A stretch of 64,000 bases of DNA from positions 43,650,001 through 43,714,000 of the forward strand of contig CM059432.1 in the NCBI GenBank assembly GCA_030390025.1, in the 5' to 3' direction. The translations under genes were made by a program, and so were the position numbers. The stretch comes from Squalus acanthias (Eukaryota). The first letter of the stretch is position 1, and every line of letters begins with the position of its first letter. The notes below the pieces were generated by a model that saw only the letters and a list, made by a program, of their open reading frames with translations, had not been told where the DNA came from and did not search any database. Positions 37,276 through 50,274 of the stretch are shown here, piece by piece.

Positions 37276-38031
37276 GGGCTGGATTTTGAATGACCCGTGG
37301 AGTCGGGTTTGGAGGCGTGGGGGGGGTTAAAGTAGCAGATTCGGGGGTCCCGACCCCATCCCGACTCCAACACGCCTCCACGCAATTTTGACAAAATGGG
37401 TCGCGGGGTTCCCGACTCCGTCCCGCCTCCAAGAGGCGCGAGAGGCCATTAACGCTCTTAACTATCCCTAAATTGGCTCTGTAATGCCATTTTGAAACGT
37501 TTTAGCTAGTTTAACCCTTTTCCGACATGAAGTACGCCTGATGTGAAACAAGCCAGTGAAACCTGGCGGGAGCACAAGTGGATAGCTGACTATCAGCTGC
37601 AGGTCCACTATTACAACGGAGATGTGATGAAGGTAGTAGTAGTATTAGGTCTGAAAGTCGCCTCTGATGCTGCTGCATTGAATGTCTTCAGAGACTGCCA
37701 GGGCCTTTGCTGTGAGAGGACATGGATGCAAAAAAAATTCATTCTCATTCTCTCTCTCAGATGCTGCTCATTTTGCATCCAGGTCCTCTCACACCAAAAG
37801 CCAGGCAGTCTCTGAGACCAGGCAGTCAGTCTCTGACCTGCAATGATGACATCATCAGAGGCGACTTTCAGACTGAAACCATTAATTGGTTCATGGGTTC
37901 CCACATGCTGCAACTCAATTACCCAATTAAGTGAAAATTGCATCATTCATCCACATTAATCTGGAGTTGGGGGGGCAACACGAAATGTGGGTAACACGAC
38001 CCCAACCCAACCCCAAGACAAAATCCAGCCC
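37276..38031. mobile_element. Harbinger MITE related to the 27154-30412 family, with internal fold-back
   Basis: Perfect 13-bp TIR GGGCTGGATTTTG / CAAAATCCAGCCC; TSD TAT; arms are similar to 27180-27440 and 30225-30330. Confidence 0.92.
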
Positions 38032-39242
38032 TATGATTCTATGTGAATCTTCAGCTATTTCTCTGACTGCAGCATCACTAACATTACTGCATTCTTCTCC
38101 ATCTCCAGACCATCCTCATTCTGGAACACAAAAATCTGCTGAGATTCCTGTTCCATTGTCTGGCAGAGTCCTTTGATTCCTCACTGCTACATCCCATAAT
38201 TGTGAAGAAAGGGGGTGGATTGGTTCTGATGGTGCCTGCTTCCTGATGAGGTTTAGTATGAACTCCAATGGAAATAAAAGGACAGTACATGTGTAACACA
38301 TCAATGAGACTTTGTTGCTTCTATTGTTCATAATATTGTGCTTTTGAATCAGGACATCACTATTCAGATAACAGCCTGGTCTGGCACCATTTTCATAGAT
38401 GGTAAATTTGACCCATTGTAGGACCCAAACATGATTTTCGTGGCTCAAAATAAACACTAATGAGAAACCATGGATGAATAAAGACATAAGGGAAAAATGA
38501 GGGTAAGGAAAGGGACATACACTAAGTACATGAACAGCAGACCCCTGGTCCAGATGGATTACATCCACGCATTCTAAAAGAATCAAGGGAAGAGATAGCA
38601 GAGGCACTATTACACATATTTATTAATTCATTAGAAAAAGGTGTAGTGCCAGAGGACTGGTGGATAGCTAACATAATATCTATATTTAAGAAGGGAGATA
38701 AAACATGTCCAGGGAACTATAGACTAGTTAGCCTAACATTGGTAATAGGAAAAATAATGGAATCCCTACTAAAGCAGAAAGTAGAAAAACATTTAGAAAC
38801 CAAAAATATAATAATGAATAGTCAGCATGGATTTCAAAAGGGAAAGTCTTGTTTCCTCATTGAATTCTTTGAAGAGGTAACAGAGAGAGTAGACAAAGGT
38901 AATGTAGTAGATGTAATATATCTAGATTTCCAAAAGGCCTTCGATAAGGTATCACATATGGACTAATGAATATGGCCAGAGCATGCAGAGTCAGGGAACA
39001 AGTAGCCAAATGGATAGCTGGCTGGCTGAAAGACAGAAAGCGGAGAGTTGGGGTAAAAGGTTAGCTATTCAGAGTGGCAGAAGCTGAGAAGAAGTGGGGT
39101 CCCACAAGGATCAGTGCTGGGACCACTGTTGTTCACAATTTATAGCAACAATTCAGACATTGGAATCATAAAAACAATTTCTAAATTTGCAGACAACACC
39201 AAATTGGGAGGGATAGTCAACACTAAGGAGGACTGCAACAAA

Positions 39243-39516
39243 GTTATATGGTTACAGCACAGAAGATGGCCATTCAGCCCATCAAGCCCGTGCCGGCTCT
39301 CTGCAAGAGCACTTCAGCTAGTCCCACTCCCCTGCCCTTTCCCCGTAGCCCTGCAGTTTTTTTTCCTTCAGGTAATTACCCAATTCTCTTTTGAAAGCCA
39401 CAATTGAATCTGCCTCCACCACCCTTTCAGGAAGTGCATTCCAGATCCTAACCACTCGCTGCGTAAAAAAGTTTTTCCTAATGTCGCCTTTGGTTCTTCT
39501 GCCAATCACCTTAAAC
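39243..39516 (-). mobile_element. CR1 3' fragment inserted antisense in the host CR1
   Basis: ORF 39318..39518 (RKNFFTQRVVRIWNALPE); host sequence CTGCAACAAA...ATTACAAGAAG resumes after it. Confidence 0.85.
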
Positions 39517-39702
39517 ATTACAAGAAGATATTAATAAACTTGCAGAATGGGCAAATAATTGGCAAATTAATTTCACATAGATAAGTGTGAGGTATTATAT
39601 TTTGGTAAGAAAAATAAGGAGGTCACATATTATTTGGAAATAAGAGCCTAACTGGGTTAGAGGAGCAAAGGGATCTGGGAGTATAAATTCACAAATCACT
39701 AA

Positions 39703-40324
39703 GGGGGAAAAATTGAGTCGCGCCCCCTTTGGGGTACTAACTTCGCCGGGGCATTATTCCCGAAAAAATTAGCGCCCCCGCGGCCGATTTTCCCAGGTAG
39801 TGCCCCGAGAGGGAGGAGGGGCGCTACTGGAAGTGCTGCGCGGTACTGCAGGCCTTCCTCCCCTTATTAAAGGGGAGGGGCCTGGCGCAGCGCGTCCCGG
39901 CACCCAGCTGGGCCACCAGGGATCAGGAGTGCCGGCAAACGAGCCCGGCACTCAAGAGGAGTGCTGGGCTCACGGAGAGCAGCCGGCATCCCGCGGGGGG
40001 GCTTCACGGGGGCTGGGGACAGCAACGGGGGCAGGTGCTGGCAGGTGGCCAGCAACAAAAATGGCCGCCCGCCACCTCCCCTTTAACTAGTGCCGCCCCG
40101 GCAGCAGGTGGGCCCCCCTGACCCCATCGGACATAGCGTCCGGCGGTAAGTCAGGGGGCGCTACCGAAGATCGCGGCCGGGACGCTGTGCATGGCGATGA
40201 CATCATCGCTGGTGGTGCAACGCCGCGGGGGCGCTAACCGTTACCACCGCCACTAACTTCCCGCTGAATTTCGCGAGAGGCGTTGGCGCTAACGGGAGGC
40301 GCAAAGCAACTGAATTTTTCACCC
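39703..40324. mobile_element. Harbinger MITE related to the 22745-26913 family
   Basis: TIR GGGGGAAAAATTGAGTCG / CAACTGAATTTTTCACCC (15/18); TSD TAA. Subterminal GCGCTAACGGGAGGC is the reverse complement of GCCTCCCGTTAGCGC at ~22769. Confidence 0.9.
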
Positions 40325-41249
40325 TAAAAGTTGTGATGTGGGTCACTAAGGCCATAACAAAAGCAAACCAAGCACTAGGGTTTATTTCTAGTGGGGTATA
40401 ATTGAAAAGTAGAGAAGTTATGCTAATCTTGTATTGAACCACTCTTGGAGTACTGTGTGCAGTTCTGGTCACCATGTCAAGCAAAACTAGAGGCCATCAA
40501 TATAAAATAGTCACCAAGAAATCAAATAGGGAATTCAGAAGAAACTTCTTTACCCAGAGAGTGGTGAGAAAGTGGAACTCACTACCACAGGGAGTGGTTG
40601 AGGCCAATAGTATAGATGGATTTAAGGGGAAGCTAGATAAGCATACGAGGGAGAAGGAAATAGTCGGTTATGCTGATAAATTTAGATGATGAAGGATAGG
40701 AGGAGGCTCGAGTGGAGCATAAATGCCGGCAGGGACTATTTGGGCCGAATGGCCTGTTACTCCGCTGTATATTCTATATAATTCTATGTAATTTTATGTA
40801 ATGGGAGGGGCATGCACTGCACACTCTCTACCCATTAGTCCCTGGTGTGGATCGAGCTAACCAGCTGTCCTTAAAGGGATTGCTGCAGGCTGCTCCAAAA
40901 CAGGACATAAACTTTCCTTAATTTTAGTTTTGTGGAGCCATGAGGAGCAGACGTGCTCCTCCTGGTCCCACAGAAATAAATCCAGCCTGTTGACAGTCCC
41001 CTCCAGGACTGCCTTTCCCCCCAACCCCCTCGCCGACTGAACTGTGTGCCAACTCGACATAGTAGCCAGTCGACTTTGCACCCTCCCGACTGCAAACTGT
41101 CTTGGAGCACTCGTAGCTTGCCAGCTGCACGCTAATGAGGCCCGTCCACCAAGGTGGTTCAGGCCTCTAGCTGGTGTGATCAGATGGGCGGTGCATTTTC
41201 AGCGTCTTCTGTCCGTCGATTTGCACACTAGACAAAATTGCCCCCTTTA

Positions 41250-41384
41250 AATTTATGATCATCACCAGAAAAACGAAGGGAGAGGCTATGAGAAATTTTT
41301 TTTACTCGAACTGTTGTTAAGATATGGAATTCCCTTTGACAAACAATGGTGGAAGCAGAATCCATAATAGCTTTTAAAAGGAAA
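41250..41384 (+). mobile_element. CR1 3' fragment (resumes at ~44107-44245)
   Basis: RNFFTRTVVKIWNSL-like remnant; 3' UTR continues after the DNA transposon. Confidence 0.7.
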
Positions 41385-44106
41385 GGGCGCGATCTTGCCA
41401 GCCCTAGGGAGGCGGGTTTGGAGGCGGGACTGCCGGGAAAATGGCAGAATTTGGGGGCGGGTGCCCAACCCATCCCATCTTCCCAGGAGGCGGGTAGCCG
41501 TCCCACACCGGGTCCCATCTCCTTGGAGGCGGGAAGGGATTAAAGCCTAATTAAAGTAGGATTATCCCCTTTTTGCCCTCACAAGTGCGGGCTTCCCGAA
41601 GGCTCCGAAACCCGCTATGTCAGCGAGGCGAGTAATGGGTCTGCGGGGGTTGGGTGGGTGCAAAAGTTTTGGGGTTTTTATTTGTTTATGGGATCAGGGC
41701 GTCGCTGGCAATGCCAGCATTTATTGCCCATCCCTCGTTGCCCTTTAGAAGGTGGTGGTGAGCCACCTTCTTGAACTGTTGCAGTCCGGGTGGTGATGGT
41801 ACTCCCACAGTGCTGTTAGGTAGGGAGTTCCAGGATTTTGACCCAGCGTCGAATAAAGGATCGGCGATATACTTCTAAGTCAGGATGGTGTGTGACTTGG
41901 AGGGGAACTTGGAGGTGGTGGTCTTCCCATGCGCTTGCTGCCCTTGTCCTTCTAGGTGGAAGAGGTCACGGGTTTGGGAGGTGCTGCCGAAGAAGCCTTG
42001 GCGAGTTGCTGCAGTGCATCTTGTAGATGGTACACACTGCAGCCACGGTACGCCGGTGGTGGAGGGAGTGAATGTTTAAGGTGGTGGATGGGGTGCCAAT
42101 CAAGCAGGCTGCTAGTCCTGGATGGTGTCAAGCTTCTTGAGTGTTGTTGGAGCTGCACTCATCCAGGCAAGTGGAGAGTATTCCATCATACTCCTTACTT
42201 GTGCCTTGTAGATGGTGGAAAGGCTTTGGGGAGTCAGGAGGTGAGACACTCGCCGCAGAATACCTAGCCTCTTACCTGCTCTTATAGCCACAGTATTTAT
42301 GTGGCTGGTCCAGTTAAGTTTCTGGTTAATGGTGACCCCCCCAGGATGTTGATAATGGGGGATTCGGCGATGGTAATGCCGTTGAATGTCAAGGGGAGGT
42401 GGTTAGATTCTCGCTTGTTGGAGATAGTCATTGCCTGGCACTTGTGTGGCACGAATGTTACCTGCCACTTATCAGCCCAAGCCTGAACGTCGTCCAGGTC
42501 TTGTGCATGCGGGCATGGACTGCTTCATTATCTGTGGAGTTGCGAATGGTGCTGAACACTGTGCAGTCATCAGCGAACATCCCCATTTCTGACCTTATGT
42601 TGGAGGGAAGGTCATTGATGAAGTAGCTGAAGATGGCTGGGCCTAGGACACTGCCCTGAGGAACTCCTGCCGCGATGTCCTGGGTCTGTGATGATTGACC
42701 TTCAACCACCACAACCATCTTCCTTTGTGCTAGGTATAACTCCAACCAGTGGAGCGTTTTCCCCCTGATTCCCATTGACTTCAGTTTTACTAGGGGTCCT
42801 TGATGCCAGACTCAGTCAAATGCTGCCTTGATGTCAAGGGCAGTCACTCTCACCTCACCTCTGGAATTCAGCTCCTTTGTCCATGTTTGGACCAAGGCTG
42901 TAATGAGGTCGGGAGCCGAGTGGTCTTGGTGGAACCCAAACTGGGCATCAGTGAGCAGGTTAATGATGAGTAAGTGCTGCTTGATAGCACTGTCGATGAC
43001 ACCTTCCATCACTTTGCTGATGATTGAGAGTAGACTGATGGGGCGGTAATTGGCCGGGTTGGATTTGTCCTGTTTTTTGTGGACAGGACATACCTGGGCA
43101 GTTATGCACATTGTCGGATAGATGCCAGTGTTGTAGCTGTACTGGAACAGCTTGGCTAGAGGCGCGGCTAGTTCTGGAGCACAAGTCTTCAGCATGATAG
43201 CCGGGATGTTGTTGAGGCCCATAGCCTTTGCTGTATCCAGTGTGCTCAGCCATTTCTTGATATCACATGGAGTGAATCGAATTGGCTGAAGAATGGCTTC
43301 TGTGATGGTGGGGACCTCGGGAGTTCTGCCTGAAGTTGGTTGCAAATGCTTCAGCCTTGTCTTTTGCACTCAGGATGGGGATATTCATGGAGCCTCCTCC
43401 TCCCGTTAGTTGTTTAACGGTCCACCACCATTCACGACTGGATGTGGCAGGACTGCAGAGCTTTGATCTGATCTGTTGATTGTGTGATCGTTTAGCTCTG
43501 TCTATAGCATGCTGCTTCCGTTTTTTAGTATGCATGTGGTCCTGTGTTGCAGCTTCCCCAGGTCGGCACCTCATTTTTAGGTACGCCTGGTGCGCTGTGA
43601 AGGTAAGTGATGGGTGCAAGTGTGGAGAGGTGAGTATCTGAGGTAAGTGCAAAGTGTTAGTAAAAGTGTACTTACCTTTGTTTCTTCCTGCAGGCTTCAG
43701 TCGGTGGGTATGCGGAGAGTCTCGCACCTCCGCGTTGGAGATGACAGATGTCCGTTGCATTCTCAGATGCAACAACCATCTAATTTCTGTAAAAGAAAGA
43801 AGTTTGATGAGGTCTTGAATTCAAGACTTCATCAAACTACAGAGAATGTCACTGTTTGACAGCTTCACAGAGCTGTCAAATGATGACAATTCATCTGTCA
43901 AAAATTTTTGACAGATGAAACGTCATACGTTGACGTTCTCTGCAACCGGCTTTCCCTTAATTGGCCTGCTAAGCCCGCTGAGCGGGCTTAACAAGGTCAA
44001 TCAAGGGAAAATAGCATGGGTTGGCCAGAAGTTGTTGGAGGCGGGACTGAAACCCAACAAGTGGGAGTCCCGCCTCCAAAAGCTCCCCATTGGCAAAATC
44101 ACCCCC
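41385..44106. mobile_element. Non-autonomous Harbinger element containing a LINE
   Basis: TIR GGGCGCGATCTTGCCA / TGGCAAAATCACCCCC (13/16); TSD AAA; repeated GGAGGCGGG subterminal motifs. Confidence 0.85.
41675..43592 (-). mobile_element. 5'-truncated LINE (CR1/L2-group RT, third family)
   Basis: ORFs 42812..43369 (NYRPISLL...QFGF...ALDIKAAFD) and 42458..42775 (GVPQGSVLGP, MFADD); A-rich tail at ~41675. Confidence 0.9.
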
Positions 44107-46214
44107 AAAGTGTACAAATAGCTAAAAAAAAAGGGTGTGGGGAAAGGGGAAGAGGATGGAACTAAGTGGCCAGCTCCTTCAGTCAGAGAGCCAGTGTAGG
44201 TGTAAAGGACAAAATGGCCTCCTTCTGTGCTGTAAAATTCTGATAGTATGAGAGAGTTTCCATCCATTACAAACATTACTTTACCGTAGTCATCTTGCCA
44301 CAGAGATTTTCAGCCATTAAACTCTCATCTTCCTGGCTTACACATACAAATTAATAATTGTAATGAAGTTCAGAGATCTGGGTCGTTTTGTTTTCTTTCT
44401 CTTTTTTGTTCTTTTATTCTGTCGTTTCTCTTCCTAGACTTCACCACAAAAAACAAGGCTTTACCAGACATCTGCACTGTTAAGTGGGTGAGAGGTAAAA
44501 GAGCTGGAGCCACTTCATTCAGCATCTGCCATTACTGCTGCCTTGAAATGAGGAATTTTTTAACCATTGGGGTATTAATTTATTAAATGCCAGGAAGGCC
44601 TCCTGGGTTAAAGCTGGTTGATGGGAGTGATCAGTAAGCAGGAAAAGATTTGTAGAGTCCATTTTGCAGAAAGGCAAGTAATGAACAGGAGAAAAAGTAA
44701 ACCTAGAAGAAACTACAGTGACTAGTGAATTGATATTGGAGTGTACTGATAGTGTTTCACATTGCAATTTATGTTTAATCCAATTACACATTTAAGACTG
44801 ATTTCCTGAAAAATGAAAATAAAATAGAAAAAAAATAAAAGGCTAATTGATCTCTTATCACCACATCAGTTTGTAATTCCTCTTTTGTCAGAGTGTCTAC
44901 ATTAATAACACACACCTGCATGCACACCTCAGTATGACAGCTGAGGTGTCCAAATATTTGCATGTAACATATGGTCTATATAGGCACTAAACAGCATGTG
45001 AATAACAGAGTATATTTTCATCTCATACCAAAATATCCAAATGGCAAGCATTTAGTCCCGTAGATGTACTACTGAACGAGAGATAACAGATAGCTTAAAA
45101 ATTCTGCAGCAACACAACATTTGTGTAGTAGATGTGCATTTAAAAAGTTTCATGCTCCAACTGATTTAATGGAAAGGATTGTTGGCTAAATAATAAAATG
45201 AATCATTAGTTATTTTTAATCAAGCCCCTAGTTAGGCTATTACTTTAGAAGTCATAAAGATGAATGTGAGCGCGTGGAAGGCTAAACCAACATAAGAAAG
45301 TTTGTAATGCAGCTGCATGTTATGAGAGATCTGGATCTGGTTTGCATTAATGGGCTCTAGCATTCATTTCCTCAATAAAATAGAAATATTGTTACTGAAG
45401 CACTAAACATTAAATGTTCATAAGGGAAACTGGTTTCTAGAATAATCCAGTATACTATTAAAACATAGTTTAAAAGTATTGCAGAATTAGTGCAAACATA
45501 TTGATTACATAACATTGACATTTTTGGGCAGTAATATTCAGCAAAATAAAACTTCATATTAAGTTCTTGGAGAGTTATACTATGGTGAGAATTATTGAAG
45601 AGACAGAAGACATTTTGGCTTCTGGAATTATTGTACAAAAGCATTGCTCCATGCCAAATGAAAAATATTTTCATGTGAATAGCTATTAGGCTACAGTTTA
45701 CATTTGTCTTATGAACCCTTTTGCCATTGTAACAACTAGGTACTTCAAACTGTTTATCAATATAATAAAAACTCAAGAAGAACAAAGGCTGTGAGTAATT
45801 TCATATTCAGTGCAGCACATATGTGTATCTCTATATATGAAATTAGAGCAGGAATTATGTATGGTTATGTAGCAGTGCTGACAAGGCAGTAACCGAATGG
45901 AAGTGGTTTATTATAATCACCTGAACTCAGCTTTCGATTACCACCTTGAAATCACTCCCCCATATCTGATGTTATATTTAGAATAAGAACAAAAGACAAT
46001 TGAATCTCATTCCTCTAGTACCACACACACATTATAGCATCCAGCTGTATTTTGAACATGCCTAATGTTTTCTAATATCTGTTAAGTTTACTTTTCACCA
46101 ATTTAAATTTATGGGCTGGATATTAAACCTGAGGTGAGGAGGGAATGGGGAGTGGTGGGGGTGCGGGCTGCTTTGAGACCGGGAACCTGGAAGAATGGGT
46201 ATCCCTCAGGTCCT

Positions 46215-46278
46215 GCCGGCACAGACACGATGGGTCGAATGGCCTCCTTCTGTGCCGTAAATTTCTATGATTCTATGA
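46215..46278 (+). mobile_element. CR1 3' tail fragment
   Basis: GATGGGTCGAATGGCCTCCTTCTGTG...TTCTATGATTCTATG. Confidence 0.75.
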
Positions 46279-46597
46279 AGACCTCATTAGCATTTCTTAT
46301 CTCCGTTTCCTGACCGCAGCCAGCCAGATTGAAAGGCTGGCAGGCTGTCGGGTGGGAAGGCCTTGGGCACCAGGCCGCAGCCAGGGAGCAGAGAGGAGGG
46401 GAGGGAGAGAGGGACCGGAAAGGCCGGTTTGCGGGGGGTGTGGGGGTGGGGGGAAGATCGGAGGCAACAGGAAAGATCAGGGTCTGGAGCAGGGAGAGAT
46501 CGGAGGCCAGAAGGCAGATTGCAGGCCAGAGCAGGGGGGAGATCGGAGGCCAGAGGGAAGATCGCTGACTGGGGTCAGGGGAGATTGGAGGCCTCGT

Positions 46598-48606
46598 GGA
46601 GGAGATCGGAAGGGTCAGTTGGGGAGATCGGAAGGGTCAGTGGGGGAGATCGGAAGGGTCAGTGGGGGAGATCGGAAGGGTCAGTGGGGGAGATCGGAAG
46701 GGTCGGGGGGGGGAGATCGGAAGGGTCGGGGGGGAGAGGTCGGGGAGGAGATCGGGAGGGGAGATCGGAAGGTCAAGGGGGAGAGATCGGAAGGGTCAGT
46801 GGGGGAGATCGGAAGGGTCGGGGGGGAGATCGGAAGGTCGGGGGGAAGATCGGAAGGTCGGGGGGAAGATCGGAAGGTCGGGGGGGGAGATCGGAAGGTC
46901 GGGGGGGAGATCGGAAGGTCGGGGGGGGAGATCGGAAGGTCGGGGGGGAGATCGGAAGGTCGGGGGGGAGATCGGAAGGTCGGGGGGGGAGATCGGAAGG
47001 TCGGGGGGGGAGATTGGAAGGGTCGGGGGGGAGGTCGGAAGCTCGGGGCGGAGATCGGAAGGGTCGGGGGGGAGGTCGGAAGGTCGGGGGGGAGATTGGA
47101 AGGGTCGGGGGGGGAGGTCGAAAGGTCGGGGGGGAGATTGGAAGGGTCGGGGGGTGGTCGGAAGCTCGGGGGGGAGGTCGGAAGGTCGGGGGGGAGATCG
47201 GAAGGGTCGGGGGGTGGTCGGAAGCTCGGGGGGGGTGATTGAAGGGTCGGGAGGGGGAGATCGGAAGGGTCGGGGGGGAGATCGGAAGGTCGGGGGGGAG
47301 ATCGGAAGGGTCGGGGGGGAGATCAGAAGGGTCGGGGGGTGGTCGGAAGGTCGGGGTGGAGGTCGGAAGGTCGGGGGGGGAAGATCGGAAGGGTGGGGGG
47401 AAGATCGGAAGGGTGGGGGGGAGATCGGAAGGGTCGGGGGGGAGATCGGAAGGTTGGTGGGGAGATCAGAAGGTCGGGGGGAGGTCGGAAGGGTTGGGGG
47501 GGAGATCGGAAGGTCGGGGGGGAGATCAGAAGGTCGGGGGGGGGGAGGTCGGAAGGGTTGGGGGGGAGATCGGAAGGGTTGGGGGGAGATCGGAAGGTCG
47601 GGGGGGGAGGTCGGAAGGGTTGGGGGGAGATCGGAAGGTCGGGGGGGGGAGATCGGAAGGGTCGGAAGGGAGATCGGAAGGGTTGGGGGGAGATCGGGGG
47701 GGAGGTCGGAAGGGTCGGGAGGGAGATCGGAAGGGTTGGGTGAGATCGGAAGGTCGGGGGGGGAGGTCGGAAGGGTCGGAAGGGAGATCGGAAGGGTTGG
47801 GGGGAGATCGGAAGGGTTGGGGGGAGATCGGAAGGTCGGGGGGGGAGATCGGAAGGGTCGGAAGGGAGATCGGAAGGGTTGGGGGGAGATCGGGGGGGAG
47901 GTCGGAAGGGTCGGGAGGGAGATCGGAAGGGTTGGGTGAGATCGGAAGGTCGGGGGGGGAGGTCGGAAGATCGGGGGGAGATCGGAAGGGTTGGGGGGAG
48001 ATCGGAAGGTCGGGGGGGGAGATCGGAAGGGTCGGGGGGGGAGATCGGAAGGGTCGGGGGGAGATCGGAAGGGTCGGGGGGAGAGGTCGGAAGGTTGGGG
48101 GGAAGATCGGAAGGGTTGGGGGGGAGATCAGAAGGTCGGGGGGGGAGGTAGGAAGGTCGGGGGGGGAGATCAGAAGGTCGGGGGGGAGATCGGAAGTGTT
48201 GGGGGGAGATCGGGGGGGAGGTCGGAAGGGTCGGGAGGGAGATCGGAAGGGTTGGGTGAGATCGGAAGGTCGGGGGGAAAGTCGGAAGATCGGGGGGAGA
48301 TCGGAAGGGTTGGGGGGAGATCGGAAGGTCGGTGGGGGAGATCGGAAGGGTCGGGGGGAGATCGGAAGGTCGGTGGGGGAGATCGGAAGGGTCGGGGGGG
48401 AGATCGGAAGGGTCGGGGGGGAGGTCGGAAGGTTCGGGGGGAGATCGGAAGGGTTGGGGGGGAGATCAGAAGGTCGGGGGGGGAGGTAGGAAGGTTGGGG
48501 GGGGAGATCAGAAGGTCGGGGGGGAGATCGGAAGGTCGGGGGGGGAGATCGGAAGGTCGGGGGGGGGAGATCGGAAGGGTCGGGGGGGAGATCAGAAGGT
48601 CGGGGG
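46598..48606 (+). repeat. G-rich minisatellite block 1, unit GAGATCGGAAG(G)GTCG(5-9), ~20-22 bp
   Basis: Directly visible tandem array. Confidence 0.97.
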
Positions 48607-50274
48607 TGTAGGGGGTGGTGTTTTTGTGTCAGCTTTACCTCTGACTTCTGAGCTGTTCGAATCGCTCCCACTCCCTTGGTTCTAGACCTTGGACTTATTT
48701 GGGGGTTGTGATACAAAAGGTGCAGTAGACAATTGAGTTTGATGAAAGAACTTCAATCTTTATTAAAAGGTAAGACACAAATAATAACACTCTTATCACT
48801 TTAAAGGTGGGGAACACTTTGGTACAAGCGAGGGAAATGACAGTAGAACAATACTTCACCCCTCCCAACCCCACTTTACTAGTTAAGTTATGTTTTGAAG
48901 GACCAGGGATAATGTTCACCAATCCTTTGACAGTTGGGCTAAATCGCGGTTTTGGGGTTCGCTGTTTATGGCGGTTAGGGTTTTCCTCTACCCCATACGC
49001 GGTAGAGGACTTCGCCTGGGTCTCTGGTCAGTCTTCGCGAGTCCGCTGATGCGGTAGGATGTCGTTGTGGATTTATCTGGTGAGTACCCAATTTCTTTAG
49101 TTCAGCAGTAGGGTTTAGAGTTTGTAGGGAAAATCTTACCCAGGGGTAAGTCAGGAGTAGTTTGTAGTGTGGAAACTTTGCGAGTCTTCGGGTTTTCTTC
49201 CCTGGAGTTGGTCTTTGTTGGTCGCGGTGGCCTGCGATTACCCGATCAGTTGGGAGTAATGCGCGGTTGTTGGTTTCGTGAGGCCTTTGGTTACCGCAAT
49301 GGCTTTAGGCCTTGGTTGGTGTGTCGGTCAACCTCGTGGAGCCGTCGGTGACTGGTTGCTACTTGTTGCTCCGGGTGGCTGTGTTGGGGCCGTTGTTGGA
49401 GGTCCGTCGAGGTGGTGTCTTCGCGAGCTGGATTCAGGTGTGTCTGAGTGGTGAGCGATGCCGACTCACTTCCAGCTCGGGCCTTCTTCTTCTCGGTCTC
49501 TCCTTCCTTCTTCTCTCCTGCTTCTTCTTCGTCGTCTGTGTTCGTCCGGTGTGTGCTTGGTGGGCCTTCAATTATACTGAATCGAAGTGGCCTTATCTAC
49601 CCGCCAAATCTGTTCAGTTCATTGTTTAGTTTTGGCGGGCTCGTAAATTGGTAATGATTTTACTAGCACGTTAACTGGGTTTTAACAGGCCTTCAATCTG
49701 ACCCATTGAGTATGGCCTTATCTACCCGCCAAATCTGTTCAGTTCATTGTCTGAATTTGGCGGGCCTGCTACCAGTAACTGCTCTGGATGTGTCAAATGG
49801 GTTTTTTGGGATGGTTTGCATCCTGTCGATCTGTTGGCTGATTGCTGGTGATGGGTTTTGTGTTTTGGGTTCCTAGGCTGCTATAGCCTAGTCCTGGGTG
49901 CTCTGTATTATGCATATTTCTTGATGGGCCTTGTAATCGGTTTGATGGGACCTATTGTTTTGGGTGGGGCTGTCTTCTCCTAGGGTCTATTGTCAAAATG
50001 TTAATGTGTGCTGGGGCTTTGAGTGAGATCATCCCGGTTCCCCAGACATTGCAATTAACTGCAATACCCAAACTGCTTTTACAGAGGTTGACCCCAACTT
50101 CCTTCACTGCCTTTTCTCCCTTTATAGGCCCAGACATGTTTTTAAAATGTCAAAACTTGGTTTTTGGTCTTAAATTCCTTATGTTAGGCCCAAATGCATT
50201 TTTATCACTCTGAAGTAGTTCCAAAGTTCTTTTTCCTTAGGTTTTGGGGATCTGTAAATTTTGGAAACCTTACA
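48607..50274 (-). mobile_element. Solo LTR (1668 bp), ERV- or Gypsy-type
   Basis: Termini TGTA...TACA; flanked by GGGGG on both sides (TSD within a G-run); AATAAA on the minus strand at ~48759-48764; internal ~125-bp direct repeat; no credible ORF. Confidence 0.8.

Larger units (their letters stand above)
38535..40801 (+). mobile_element. CR1 LINE RT region, degraded, with two nested insertions
   Basis: ORF 38646..38966 (PEDW..AN..IFKKG...LDFQKAFDKV); KFADNTK; ATTCTATA/G tail at ~40770-40801. Confidence 0.88.

Noticed and set aside
38116..38607. 163-aa hydrophobic ORF
   Set aside because: Begins in antisense CR1 sequence and has no recognisable motif or convincing splice structure.
45372..45785. 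137-aa ORF in AT-rich DNA
   Set aside because: Composition typical of random AT-rich sequence; no family features.
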